From a bacterium (GTDB lineage: Bacteria; Patescibacteriota; Minisyncoccia; Moranbacterales; UBA2206): a stretch of DNA of 64,000 nt. Each line of letters begins with the position of its first letter. The first letter of the stretch is position 1. Under the pieces are notes generated by a model that worked only from the letters and a program-made list of their open reading frames with translations, was not told the origin of the DNA and made no database searches. Where the stretch lies: contig JAYSLY010000014.1 of the NCBI GenBank assembly GCA_043725085.1, positions 2,748-66,747 of the forward strand, given 5' to 3'. Made by a program: the position numbers and the translations under genes. Shown piece by piece: positions 42,277 through 52,086 of this stretch.

Positions 42277-43211
42277 AGAGTTATTCCTCGAAAATATTCA
42301 ATTGTCTTTTTTAGTCCCTCTTCCAATTGAATTGTCGGCTCCCAGTCCAATTCTTTTTTGGCGAGAGAGATGTCCGGTTTTCTTTGTTTTGGATCGTCTT
42401 GTGGCAAATCTTTGAAGATAATTTTACTCGTACTTTCCGGAATCATCGCAATCACTTTTTCGGCTAATTCTTTGATAGTAAACTCGACCGGATTGCCAAT
42501 GTTTACCGGCCCGACAAAGCCATTTTCATTATTCATCATCTTGGTCATCCCGGCAATCAGGTCGTCAACATATTGAAAGCTGCGTGTTTGCATTCCGTCG
42601 CCATAGATTGTGATATCTTCATTTTTGAGCGCTTGCACAATGAAATTTGAAACGACGCGCCCATCATGCGGATGCATATTTGGTCCATAAGTATTGAAAA
42701 TTCTGATCACGCGAATAGGCAAATTGTGCTGCCTGTAGTAGTCAAAAAAAAGAGTTTCAGCACAACGCTTGCCTTCGTCATAGCAAGAGCGGATTCCAAT
42801 CGGATTGACGCGCCCCCAATAACTTTCCACTTGCGGGTGCACTTCCGGATCGCCATAGACTTCCGAAGTGGAAGCCTGCAAGATTTTGGCTTTGGTTCTT
42901 TTGGCGAGTCCAAGCATATTGATCGCGCCATGCACGGAAGTTTTGGTTGTTTGAACCGGATCAAATTGATAGTGAATAGGAGAAGCCGGGCAAGCTAGAT
43001 TGTAGATTTGATCAACTTCAACGTAGAGTGGAAAAGTAACATCGTGACGCATAAATTCAAAACGCTTATTCTCCATCAAATCAAGGATGTTGTTTTTGTT
43101 CCCTGTGAAAAAATTATCCGCACAAATCACTTCATTCCCCTCCGCAAGAAGTTTACGACAAAGATGCGACCCGATAAATCCCGCACCACCCGTTACTAAG
43201 ATTTTTTTCAT
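42273..43211 (-). CDS. UDP-glucuronate decarboxylase (UDP-xylose synthase)
   Basis: [33 protein letters not shown]. Confidence 0.92.
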   Translation of the reverse strand: MKKILVTGGAGFIGSHLCRKLLAEGNEVICADNFFTGNKNNILDLMENKRFEFMRHDVTFPLYVEVDQIYNLACPASPIHYQFDPVQTTKTSVHGAINMLGLAKRTKAKILQASTSEVYGDPEVHPQVESYWGRVNPIGIRSCYDEGKRCAETLFFDYYRQHNLPIRVIRIFNTYGPNMHPHDGRVVSNFIVQALKNEDITIYGDGMQTRSFQYVDDLIAGMTKMMNNENGFVGPVNIGNPVEFTIKELAEKVIAMIPESTSKIIFKDLPQDDPKQRKPDISLAKKELDWEPTIQLEEGLKKTIEYFRGITL

Positions 43212-43225
43212 AGTATTTTTATTAT

Positions 43226-43723
43226 TTAATCAAATTTAACTTCTACTCTTTTTTTGAGATACTTTTCATAATTTTGCGGACTGTTGATGTAGTAAATGTC
43301 AAAATTGTGTTTTATGCGATAGACTATGGAATAGGACTTAATTGGCGTTTCATCAATAACAACATCAGCGCACAAATGGAAAAAAAGTCCTAGAGCAAGA
43401 CTCAAAAAAATTGTTTTCGCATATTTATTTCTGAGTAGCAGTGTTAATAGCACGAGGATTATAACATACTCCCAACCGTGAAACAAAACGTAAATTTTCC
43501 CCGATTTCAAAAATTGATAGCCATTTTTGAAATATTCCCAATTCCAATTCCAACCAAAAGCCAGATAATAATCAATAAAGTGGTCAAGATCAACTAAAAA
43601 ACCTCCGATAATACCAAAGGTGAAAGCTAAAAACGGTTTTTTCCAAATTCGCCAAACAATCCCTCCAGCCAGCAGACTGAAAAATATATGAATAGAGAGA
43701 TGTGTAGGCAGCGATAGAATCAT
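43226..43723 (-). CDS. Membrane-bound metal-dependent hydrolase-like protein
   Basis: H..., VDLDH, FHGWE, FHLCAD; TMs. Confidence 0.6.
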   Translation of the reverse strand: MILSLPTHLSIHIFFSLLAGGIVWRIWKKPFLAFTFGIIGGFLVDLDHFIDYYLAFGWNWNWEYFKNGYQFLKSGKIYVLFHGWEYVIILVLLTLLLRNKYAKTIFLSLALGLFFHLCADVVIDETPIKSYSIVYRIKHNFDIYYINSPQNYEKYLKKRVEVKFD

Positions 43724-43736
43724 AGAAAAAAATTTA

Positions 43737-45212
43737 TCAGCATTCTTCTTTTTTTGATTTAGAAAAATCAATCATCTTTCCCAGCCATTTCCAACCAGCC
43801 ATAAACAGGAATTTGATATCGGCAAAATTTCTGATGGAAATTACTTTCCGCCAGATAAACTGCGGGCTGGCAAAAGATTTATACAGTCCTTGCACGAGAT
43901 TTTTTGCTTCTTGCGAACTGATCTGGGATTTCATTACCATTTCTCTTTGATCATAATGAGCATAATCCTTAGTAAGCAATAAATCGTTTTCTTGGCAGTA
44001 TTTATGCAATGGCGTTCCAGGATATGGAATAGTAATTGTACCTTGCAAAGTGTCAACGTAGCCTTTTTTGAAAAGTGTTGCAGCGAGGTTGATCGTCCGC
44101 TCAGCCATTTCCTTTGTCTCCCAAGGATAGCCAATCATAGCGGTGATATGCGGCTCGAGTCCGGCATCTTTGCAAAGTTTCAGCCCCGGCTCAATTTCCT
44201 CAACTTTGAGATTCTTATCAATCCGATCGAGTGTTTCTTGATTAGCCGATTCAAGGCCAAAAAGCACAAAGCGGAAACCGGCTTTTTTCATGAGCGCCCA
44301 AATTTTTGGATCGCGAATTCCGGTGATGCGCATATTGCAACTCATGGTAATTTTTTTGTTGTACCCGCGCGCAATCATGCCATTGCAAAATTCCTCGAGC
44401 CACTGCCCGATCGGAAGCGATCCGGAATCTTCCATAATTTCGCGCGCACCCAATTTGATCAGATTTCCCACTTCGTCAAGTGCTTTCTGAGCCGACATAG
44501 TACGGAAATTTTTCCCCGGAAAAAGAATGGTCCAAGCACAAAAAGTGCACCTTCCCCACCAACAATCTCGCCCGCTCATCATATATGCTCCGGGAGTATA
44601 TTTGAAATTACCATTTTTATACGCATAGAGTTTCCATTTTGTCAGCTCTCGATCAATGAGAGGCAAGCTATTGAGATCATGTTTGGACAAATCAGCCGGA
44701 CCGGAATTGGTAACTTTTCCCTCTCCATTGCGAAACCAAAATCCACCCTCCAAAGCTTCGCCGGTTTTCAAATGATTCGCTAGATTTAGAAGCATAAAAT
44801 CATAATCACCACTGGCAATCACAAAATCTGCAAGCGAATTTTGCATCGACTCCTCGGGAAATGCCGTGACATGATCGCCCATAAGCACTATTTTTGTCTT
44901 GGGAAGTTCTGTTTTTAGTCTGGCAATAACATCCCAATGCATCTTGATGACAGGGGTTTTCGTTTCGAGCGCAATAAGCTCCGGCGCTTCAGTCACAATT
45001 CTTTTTTTCCAAGCTTCAAAACTCAAACCTTCAGCGATACCTTCGTCCCAAAACACATCATAGCCCTTCTTTTTAAGCAAGGATGCGGCATAGGCCGGAA
45101 TGACCGGATAGATATAGGTTGGGGTGCTAAACCATTGGAATTGACGATTTTGACCAAGACAAGCAATACCCTTATTTGATTTTAGGGGCGGATAGGAAAT
45201 AGCGATTTTCAT
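43737..45212 (-). CDS. Cobalamin-binding radical SAM protein
   Basis: GDHVT B12-like domain, RDCWWGRCTFC, FGLESAN, PYPGTPL. Confidence 0.85.
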   Translation of the reverse strand: MKIAISYPPLKSNKGIACLGQNRQFQWFSTPTYIYPVIPAYAASLLKKKGYDVFWDEGIAEGLSFEAWKKRIVTEAPELIALETKTPVIKMHWDVIARLKTELPKTKIVLMGDHVTAFPEESMQNSLADFVIASGDYDFMLLNLANHLKTGEALEGGFWFRNGEGKVTNSGPADLSKHDLNSLPLIDRELTKWKLYAYKNGNFKYTPGAYMMSGRDCWWGRCTFCAWTILFPGKNFRTMSAQKALDEVGNLIKLGAREIMEDSGSLPIGQWLEEFCNGMIARGYNKKITMSCNMRITGIRDPKIWALMKKAGFRFVLFGLESANQETLDRIDKNLKVEEIEPGLKLCKDAGLEPHITAMIGYPWETKEMAERTINLAATLFKKGYVDTLQGTITIPYPGTPLHKYCQENDLLLTKDYAHYDQREMVMKSQISSQEAKNLVQGLYKSFASPQFIWRKVISIRNFADIKFLFMAGWKWLGKMIDFSKSKKEEC

Positions 45213-45264
45213 AATTATTTGATTAATTAATTTTCCGTAAAAAGCCGCTTTATGGCTCCTCAAG

Positions 45265-45957
45265 TTACCAACCCTTCTCCTCTAATGCTTTTTCCGCCGC
45301 ATTTCTTTGCGCTTCTTGTTTGGAAAGTCCCTCGCCTTTAGCTGCCATTTCTTCTCCCACATAGGCGCCAACAATGAATTTCTTATCATGATCCGGTCCG
45401 GTTTCTTCAAGAACTCGATAAGACGGAGTAAGTCCTGTTCGTTCTTGCGCTTCCTCTTGAAAGCGACTTTTCGCATCAAGGTATAATTTCTTTTCAATAA
45501 TATTAGGCAGTTTTGTCACAACATATTTCAAAATGAATTTTTTGCAAGCATTATAACCTTTTGTTTTTTGATCAAGATAAATTGCTCCGGTAATCGCCTC
45601 GAAGGCATTGGCCAAAAGATATTGACGCGCTCGCCCAGTATCCTTCGCCTCACCGCGACTCATCATCAAATATTCTTCCACGCCGATTTCTCGAGAAATC
45701 ACAGCCAACATTTCGCCGTTTACCAACGCCGCTCGCCAGTTCGTCATCTCCCCTTCGGGATTGTCGGGATAATTATTATAGAGGTACTCTGTCACAACCA
45801 ATTCCAAAACTGCGTCACCCAAAAATTCAAGGCGTTCATTGTGCTCCAGCTTATACTCCCGATGCTCGTTCAAATAGGACCGGTGGGTAACGGCTTGTTG
45901 CAAAAGATCTAAATTATTAAATTTTACACCGACTTTTTTTGCTAATTCCTCAATCAC
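45265..45957 (-). CDS. rnc: Ribonuclease III
   Basis: NERLEFLGDAVL, C-terminal dsRBD. Confidence 0.97.
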   Translation of the reverse strand: MIEELAKKVGVKFNNLDLLQQAVTHRSYLNEHREYKLEHNERLEFLGDAVLELVVTEYLYNNYPDNPEGEMTNWRAALVNGEMLAVISREIGVEEYLMMSRGEAKDTGRARQYLLANAFEAITGAIYLDQKTKGYNACKKFILKYVVTKLPNIIEKKLYLDAKSRFQEEAQERTGLTPSYRVLEETGPDHDKKFIVGAYVGEEMAAKGEGLSKQEAQRNAAEKALEEKGW

Positions 45958-46048
45958 AAGAATAGATTTCTAATTTCCAATTTTTAAATAATTTACAATG
46001 CTTAAATTTTTAAAAATTATAAAACTAAAAATTTAAAATTAAAAAAAA

Positions 46049-46555
46049 TTAATCAACTTTTTCTTCCTTGGGTTTTGACACGCCCTTATCTTTGACTAGC
46101 TTTTTGTTCTTCTTGGTTGTATCGTCTTTCATTGGCTCGCCGAGTTCTCGATAGATTGTGCCAAGCACTCCGTTCACAAATCGTCCCGAAGATTCTCCAC
46201 CGAAAGACTTGGCTAGCTCAATCGCTTCATTGATTGCTACTTTTGGCGGCACTTCTTTATAGTTACCAAAAAGCAACTCGCAAATCCCTAGGCGCAAGAT
46301 GTTACGATCAACCAGTGTTACTTGATCCAATGGCCATTCTGGCGCGCATTTTTCAATTAAAGGATCAATTTTGTCTTGATTATCTAAAGTTGTTTTCACC
46401 AATAACTCCACAAAAGAGCAATCGTCCATTCCAGGCGCGAACTCTCGAATGTTTTTTTGTATAATTTCCGCGATTGTCTCGTTTTTTCCACCCTTAAAAT
46501 CCCACTCATAGAGAGACTGCATCGCTATTGATCTGGATAGGTGCCGATTTGCCAT
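46049..46555 (-). CDS. nusB: Transcription antitermination factor NusB
   Basis: [22 protein letters not shown]. Confidence 0.95.
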   Translation of the reverse strand: MANRHLSRSIAMQSLYEWDFKGGKNETIAEIIQKNIREFAPGMDDCSFVELLVKTTLDNQDKIDPLIEKCAPEWPLDQVTLVDRNILRLGICELLFGNYKEVPPKVAINEAIELAKSFGGESSGRFVNGVLGTIYRELGEPMKDDTTKKNKKLVKDKGVSKPKEEKVD

Positions 46556-46578
46556 TTTTAAGAAATACTAGGAAATGT

Positions 46579-46785
46579 TTATTTTTTCTTCGCTTTACGA
46601 GCCAATTTTTTGGTTGTGTCAATCACTTCTTTGCCCTTATATTGGCCACAATTACTGCAAACAATGTGGGCTTCGATTTGAGTCTTACAATTCGTGCATT
46701 CCACTAAATTTTTTGGTTTTAGTTTATAGAACACTCGAGCGCGGTCTCTTCTGGCCTTAGTATGGCGTTTTCTTGCTACTGGCAT
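46579..46785 (-). CDS. rpmF: 50S ribosomal protein L32 (zinc-ribbon form)
   Basis: MPVARKRHTKARRDRAR, CxxC..H.VCxxCG.Y. Confidence 0.93.
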   Translation of the reverse strand: MPVARKRHTKARRDRARVFYKLKPKNLVECTNCKTQIEAHIVCSNCGQYKGKEVIDTTKKLARKAKKK

Positions 46786-46865
46786 AGTTTAAATATAATA
46801 GTTAATCTGTTATGCAATATATCACTAATATTGTTATTTGGCAAACATGCGCCCCGTACACACCC

Positions 46866-46937
46866 CGTAGAGACGCCCGGCTGGGGCGTCTTTGCATTAT
46901 CGTTACATTATAGACGCCCCAGCGGGGCGTCTCTACG
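46866..46937. repeat. GTAG-type REP doublet (REPIN-like)
   Basis: 26-bp inverted arms CGTAGAGACGCCC.GCTGGGGCGTCT (1 mismatch), 20-bp spacer; each arm self-palindromic. Confidence 0.85.
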
Positions 46938-46938
46938 A

Positions 46939-47706
46939 TCATTTATCCAAAGGCGTAACGCTCACAATACTCACGTCCTCCACCGGGCGATCAGGCGAAG
47001 TTGTCTTGACACTTTCAATCTTAAGCGCGGTGTCCATGCCGCTCACCACCTCACCAAAAACCGTATAACTTGGCGGCAACGCTACGCTGGGATCAGCCGT
47101 CACAATGAAAAATTGACTGCCATTGGTATCGGGACCGGAATTGGCCATTGCCAATGTTCCTTGCGGATATTTTTCTGTACCTTTTAACTCATCAGGAAAT
47201 TTATACCCTGGGCCACCGGTTCCCCAACTGCCTTTTGCGGCATCATCTTTAGAAAGAGGATCTCCGGTTTGAATCATAAAACCCTTAATCACGCGATGGA
47301 ATTTTGTATTGGCATAGAAATTTGCTTGGGCTAGTTGTAGAAAATTAGTCACAGTGAGTGGCGTGTCAGTGCCATAAAATTTTACCTTAATATCCCCCAG
47401 ACTGGTTTTGATTGTGGCAAAAGGATATTTTTTGATCAAATCCTGATTGACCACTGGTGCTTTTGGTGCGTTTGTACTCATGTTATTTTCTTCATTTAGC
47501 GAGTTACTTAGGTTAGTATTTTCTTTTTGTGTTGCATCGGACACATTTTCTTGTGCCTTCTTTTTGGCATCAATCAGGCCACTTGCCAGTCCCGTCGCTT
47601 GACCTGCAGCTTTGTCCGCCGCACTGTTATCCCCATTAGAACAACCAGAAAACACCATAAGCAGAAAAAACAATCCTACCAAACTGATAGCTCTTTTTGT
47701 TTGCAT
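46939..47706 (-). CDS. Cyclophilin-type peptidyl-prolyl isomerase, probable lipoprotein
   Basis: Lipobox FSGC; FHRVIKGFMIQTGDP, MANSG, NGSQFFI. Confidence 0.92.
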   Translation of the reverse strand: MQTKRAISLVGLFFLLMVFSGCSNGDNSAADKAAGQATGLASGLIDAKKKAQENVSDATQKENTNLSNSLNEENNMSTNAPKAPVVNQDLIKKYPFATIKTSLGDIKVKFYGTDTPLTVTNFLQLAQANFYANTKFHRVIKGFMIQTGDPLSKDDAAKGSWGTGGPGYKFPDELKGTEKYPQGTLAMANSGPDTNGSQFFIVTADPSVALPPSYTVFGEVVSGMDTALKIESVKTTSPDRPVEDVSIVSVTPLDK

Positions 47707-47729
47707 ATTACAAAAAAATTAAAAAAATA

Positions 47730-48140
47730 TTACGCTGATTTAAGCGCTACCTTCCTCTTCATAAAAGCTCTATATCTCATCATTTCTTTTTCCAACATTT
47801 CCACTCGCCTAGAAAGAGAATCGTTTTCCTTCGGGGTAAGCTTTTTCTCGCCAATACTGACCAGTTCGGATTTAATCTCTTTCAATTCTTTTTCCATCGC
47901 TTCCAGCCTGTCATCAACGCCAAAGAGATGCTTGAGAGAAATATTTTGATTAGCCTCGAGTTGCTTAAATCTAACATTGGCTTGCTCGAATCCGGCACCC
48001 ATTCCTCGTTCCAGCCCCATTAAACCTTCCGCAACCAATTGAATACTATCATCCATTTTTTCCAAAAGCATTATTACCTGACTCTCACTGAATATTTTTT
48101 TTACCTCCCTATCTTCTGAAATTCGTTTTATTTTTTTCAT
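47730..48140 (-). CDS. Coiled-coil hypothetical protein
   Basis: LLEKMDDSIQLVAEG resembles LLEDMRSDMKLIAEG in 38161..38688. Confidence 0.65.
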   Translation of the reverse strand: MKKIKRISEDREVKKIFSESQVIMLLEKMDDSIQLVAEGLMGLERGMGAGFEQANVRFKQLEANQNISLKHLFGVDDRLEAMEKELKEIKSELVSIGEKKLTPKENDSLSRRVEMLEKEMMRYRAFMKRKVALKSA

Positions 48141-48239
48141 AAAGTTTAATTTTAAGCATTGACAATAACTCCCTTATTATACTCAAAAACTAACACCTAG
48201 TCAAACAAGCGAACGAACAATAATTATGATAAAAAAGGC

Positions 48240-49106
48240 TTATTTTGCCACAGTCAATTCGCAGATACTCTTCGTGCTTATACAATCATAGACCACATCG
48301 GAAGACTCATCCGTTCGCAGAATTTTAATTTTATCATCTTGCAAGCGATTCAAAACTTCCGTAGTCGGATGGCCATAGCGATTGCCCTTTCCCACAGAAA
48401 CGATCGCTTCTTCCGGTTTCACCGCATCCAAAAATTGGGTGCTCGTGGCTGATTTTGATCCGTGATGAGAAACTTTCAAAACTTTTGTTGGCGAAAACAA
48501 ATTTTCTTTGAGCATTTCGCTTTCTGTTTCCAAGGGCAAATCACCGGTCAAAAGAAAACTATTTTCGCCATAGGTCAGTCGCGCCACAATGCTCGCCGAA
48601 TTGGTGTCTTTCGAGTCTTTGGTATTTTTTTCCTCCGGACCAAGCACTTCCAACTGCGCTTCATCTGAAAGTTTTATTTTCATTCCCCTTCTTGCCAATT
48701 GTTTTTCCACTTTTTTATCGGAAATTATTTTTTCCAATGCGCCAAAAACTTGCGACTCGCTTTTCGCTCCGCTTTCAATCACCTCGTCAACAGCATAGTT
48801 TTTCAAAACATCGACGAGGCCCGTAATGTGATCCGCGTCCGGATGTGTCGCAATCACAATATCAATCTTGCGATCCCAAAACGGCACATATTCTCCAAGT
48901 TTTTCCATCAATTTTTGTCCGCTTGGTCCGCCGTCAATGAGAATTTGTTTTTCACCCGCCGAAATCAAAATCGCGTCCCCCTGCCCCACATCCAAAAACG
49001 CCACAGACAATTTTTGATTTTGCGCATGCGAAATCAGGGCAAAAAATGTCAGCCCGACCAGAAGTAATCCGGATAAAGAAAAATAGATTAGTTTACGGTT
49101 GTTTAT
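48240..49106 (-). CDS. ComEC-associated metallo-beta-lactamase-fold nuclease
   Basis: DVGQGD, THPDADH, TGD, SHHGS, NRYGHP; frame stays open upstream through a TM helix to ATA at 49106. Confidence 0.85.
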   Translation of the reverse strand: MNNRKLIYFSLSGLLLVGLTFFALISHAQNQKLSVAFLDVGQGDAILISAGEKQILIDGGPSGQKLMEKLGEYVPFWDRKIDIVIATHPDADHITGLVDVLKNYAVDEVIESGAKSESQVFGALEKIISDKKVEKQLARRGMKIKLSDEAQLEVLGPEEKNTKDSKDTNSASIVARLTYGENSFLLTGDLPLETESEMLKENLFSPTKVLKVSHHGSKSATSTQFLDAVKPEEAIVSVGKGNRYGHPTTEVLNRLQDDKIKILRTDESSDVVYDCISTKSICELTVAK

Positions 49107-50602
49107 ATGTTTGTTTTTATTTTTTTATTTTTCACAAAATACACCACACATATTATGATAGCATACCAAACCACCATGCCTTGCCACGAAAGGCCGACCT
49201 CCAGCGCGGCATATTTCAAACTTGCTGCGTAGTTGATGACATCTACCTCATAGCGTAAAGGCAAATAGGTTAGCCAGGAAAAAACAATGGCGAGCGGCCA
49301 AAAAAGAAAACTGATTGCTACCGCCAAAAATCCCAAAAGCATTGTGAGCGGTAAAATTGGCAAAACCAAAACATTCGTCAGCGGAGAGATGAGTGAAAGT
49401 TTTTGAAAATTAAAAAGAATAATCGGCAACACAAAAACTTGCGCGCTCAGTGACATAAACAGAATTTCCGCAATGAAAGAAAAAACGGCCGGATATTTTT
49501 TCAACTTTTCACCAAAATATTTTTCGAACAGCGGATAGAAATAGACAATGCCGATTGTCGCCAGAAATGACAGCTGAAATCCGACGTCATAGCGAAGAAG
49601 GAGCGGATTCCAAAAAAGCATCACGGCGGCGGCAAAAATAATTGCATTTTGGGCATTAGCCAGCCTTCCATTTTTCATTGCATAAAGGAGCAGCGTGCCC
49701 ATCACACCGGCGCGAATGGCTGAAGCGGGAAAACCGGTCATTAAAATAAAAATCCAAATGCCCAAAAGCGCAAACCAAAACGCTTGCCGACGCCAGAGAC
49801 CCAAAAACAATCCCAAGAGCATCAAATATTCCGCCACAATCGTGATGTTATACCCTGACACTGCCACAATATGCGTCATGCCGGTACGTGAAAAATTATC
49901 TTGAATACTTTTAGAAAGCTTATCATCCCCGCCAATAATCAAGCCTTCCAAAAGTCCCGCTTCCGGCGCGGGAATGAGCAATGAAATCTTGGCGCTGAAT
50001 TTGTTTTTCAAACTAATCACTGCGCCATAAAAAATATTTCCCAAATTTTTTCGTCCGCCAGCCGGCGGATTTTCAATTTGCGGTTTTTGGCAAAGATAGA
50101 AAATATCATCTCGCGCCAAATAGGCCACGTAGTCAAAATCCGAGTCTTCTCTGTTTTTTGGTTTGGTTAAGTTGCAAGTCAACTTCAACTCCTCGCCATA
50201 GGCATAACTTTCATAGATACTTTCTTGAATGAGCACGTTGTAGTTTTCACCTTCGGGAGCAAAGATGATTTCTTGCACTTTTTCCTTGATTTTCGGTTCG
50301 CGTGCAATCATCCCTTGTCCGGAAAAATCAATTTCCTCTGGCGCGCTCTCGAATGAATTTATTTTATCGATTTTTTTCTGAGTCAGATGAAAGCCAAAAA
50401 CAAACATAATGAGCGCGCCGCAAATCAGCATCACCATTTTATTTTTATAGAAAACAAAAAGAGCGCTAAGCGTAAAAAGCAAAAGTATATATGAAAATGC
50501 CGTGCCAAAAATAGCGGGATAGAAAAATGAAGCGCAAAAAACTCCAAAAATAAAACTCAAAGAAAACAGCAAAAATATTTTCGCTTTGGTCATTTTTGAC
50601 AT
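49103..50602 (-). CDS. comEC: ComEC/Rec2 competence channel (membrane part)
   Basis: TGMTHIVAVSGYN, SAIRA, GFQLSFLAT; start placed at MSKM. Confidence 0.9.
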   Translation of the reverse strand: MSKMTKAKIFLLFSLSFIFGVFCASFFYPAIFGTAFSYILLLFTLSALFVFYKNKMVMLICGALIMFVFGFHLTQKKIDKINSFESAPEEIDFSGQGMIAREPKIKEKVQEIIFAPEGENYNVLIQESIYESYAYGEELKLTCNLTKPKNREDSDFDYVAYLARDDIFYLCQKPQIENPPAGGRKNLGNIFYGAVISLKNKFSAKISLLIPAPEAGLLEGLIIGGDDKLSKSIQDNFSRTGMTHIVAVSGYNITIVAEYLMLLGLFLGLWRRQAFWFALLGIWIFILMTGFPASAIRAGVMGTLLLYAMKNGRLANAQNAIIFAAAVMLFWNPLLLRYDVGFQLSFLATIGIVYFYPLFEKYFGEKLKKYPAVFSFIAEILFMSLSAQVFVLPIILFNFQKLSLISPLTNVLVLPILPLTMLLGFLAVAISFLFWPLAIVFSWLTYLPLRYEVDVINYAASLKYAALEVGLSWQGMVVWYAIIICVVYFVKNKKIKTNI

Positions 50603-50608
50603 GAGTTT

Positions 50609-50617
50609 ATTATAGCA
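50609..50617 (-). promoter_or_regulatory. Extended -10 promoter for comEC
   Basis: TGCTATAAT a few nt upstream of the ATG. Confidence 0.5.
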
Positions 50618-50672
50618 GAAATTATCCAGACCCCTAAAAACAGCTATACTTGACTTTGCATACCAATGCATC

Positions 50673-51671
50673 TTATCCAAAATGATCCGTCTCCTTCAAC
50701 TTCTGCTGCAACTTCTTCCCATTTCCATGTCGCAACATTCCCAAATACGAAGTCAACCTTCCTGGATCGTAATTTCTTCGCATCTTTTTTATCATTCTTC
50801 TTTTGGTACTTGTCCTCAACACCCTGTGATCAGAAAAATTTACCCAACCCAGAAAATCCACACCAGAAGAAAAAGTTTTGATAAAAACTTTACTAGGATG
50901 CAGTTTTAATTTCAGTTTAGTTTCCAAAAAATCGGATATTTCAGGAATTAAACTCTCCAAATGGTTTTTATCTTCTGACAAAATCACAAAATCATCCGCG
51001 TAACGGATATAGTATTTGACTTTCAATTTATGTTTCATAAACTGATCGAATTTGTTCATGTAAATATTGACGAATAATTGCGAAGTTAAATTGCCCAGTG
51101 GCAATCCGACATTCGTCTTTCCTGGAGTTGCAAAACTTTCAATCACATTTTTCAAAAGCCAGATGATGTTTTCGTCCGGAACATGTTCGGCTAAAATGTT
51201 TTTGAGTATTTGATGATCAATATTGGCAAAGAATTTTCTGATGTCGCATTCCAGAATCCAGCAAGTTTTCGTATTATTTTGACTGACTTTCTGAAAATAT
51301 TTTCTAAACTTGTTAATTGCTTTATGTGTGCCTTTATTATTCCGGCAGGAATATGAATCAGCGATAAAAGTCTTGTCGAAAAAGGGATAGAGTTTTCGAT
51401 AGATGGCATGATGAAGGAGTCTGTCTTTAATGCAAGCTTTGTGGATGTCTCTCGGTTTGGGATCGTTGATTTTGAAAGCTTGATAGCTGCCGTGTTTGTA
51501 GGTATGATGAAGAAGCTCGTGGTGCAGTGAAAAGATGTTGTCCATGAGACAAAGAGAAAATTCCTGGACATCATATTTCTTCCTTTTGCCGTTTTGGAAT
51601 TCTTTCCAGGCCAAAAGTAAGTTTTCCAGGCTAATAATATCTTCAAAACTATGAGTCAGTTGAATTTTCAT
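50673..51671 (-). CDS. DGR reverse transcriptase
   Basis: KPRDI, DRLLHHA, CDIRKFF, GLPLGNLTSQ, RYADD, DFLG; 332 aa, no maturase/endonuclease extension. Confidence 0.93.
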   Translation of the reverse strand: MKIQLTHSFEDIISLENLLLAWKEFQNGKRKKYDVQEFSLCLMDNIFSLHHELLHHTYKHGSYQAFKINDPKPRDIHKACIKDRLLHHAIYRKLYPFFDKTFIADSYSCRNNKGTHKAINKFRKYFQKVSQNNTKTCWILECDIRKFFANIDHQILKNILAEHVPDENIIWLLKNVIESFATPGKTNVGLPLGNLTSQLFVNIYMNKFDQFMKHKLKVKYYIRYADDFVILSEDKNHLESLIPEISDFLETKLKLKLHPSKVFIKTFSSGVDFLGWVNFSDHRVLRTSTKRRMIKKMRRNYDPGRLTSYLGMLRHGNGKKLQQKLKETDHFG

Positions 51672-52080
51672 AGCAAAAATTTTAATCCGTTAACGCCCCC
51701 CCCCAAGACTTCCGCAGGTTTTTGAAAAAGTAAAATCGCTCTATTTGGCTTGGTATGAATATTATCAGATTTTACCAACCACCCATCGATATACTCTGGG
51801 ACAAAAAATCGATAAATACTTTACGGAAATTATTGAATCGATTGCCATTGCTGCTTTTCTGAAACCGGAAGAAAAAATACCGTATGTCCGGTTGGCTATT
51901 CGCAAATCCGATGTTTTGAAAATTTTTCTGAATATTCTTTGGGAAACAAAATCTTTGGATGACAAGAAATATATTTTGCTTTCGGATAAATTAAATTCTG
52001 TCGGTCGCGATCTTGGTGGCTGGAGTGGAAGCCTTACAAAGAAAAACTCTCCCGATTCAAAACAGGGAGAGCGAAAATGA
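51651..52080 (+). CDS. avd: Avd-like four-helix-bundle accessory protein, frameshifted at a C9 run
   Basis: LP..HRYTLG.KID ... VGRDLGGW signature; ATG 51651 joins the Avd frame only with C8/C11 at 51696-51704; only a TTG start (51745) lies in frame. Confidence 0.8.
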
Positions 52081-52086
52081 AAATAG

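Noticed and set aside
43992-44783. Long plus-strand ORFs (also 9036..9671, 40223..40885, 61133..61747)
   Set aside because: Antisense shadows of well-supported minus-strand genes, without motifs
50673-51671. RT as a group II intron, retron or Abi RT
   Set aside because: Short RT with GNLTSQ motif, no maturase/endonuclease domain, and an adjacent TR/VR pair plus Avd point to a DGR
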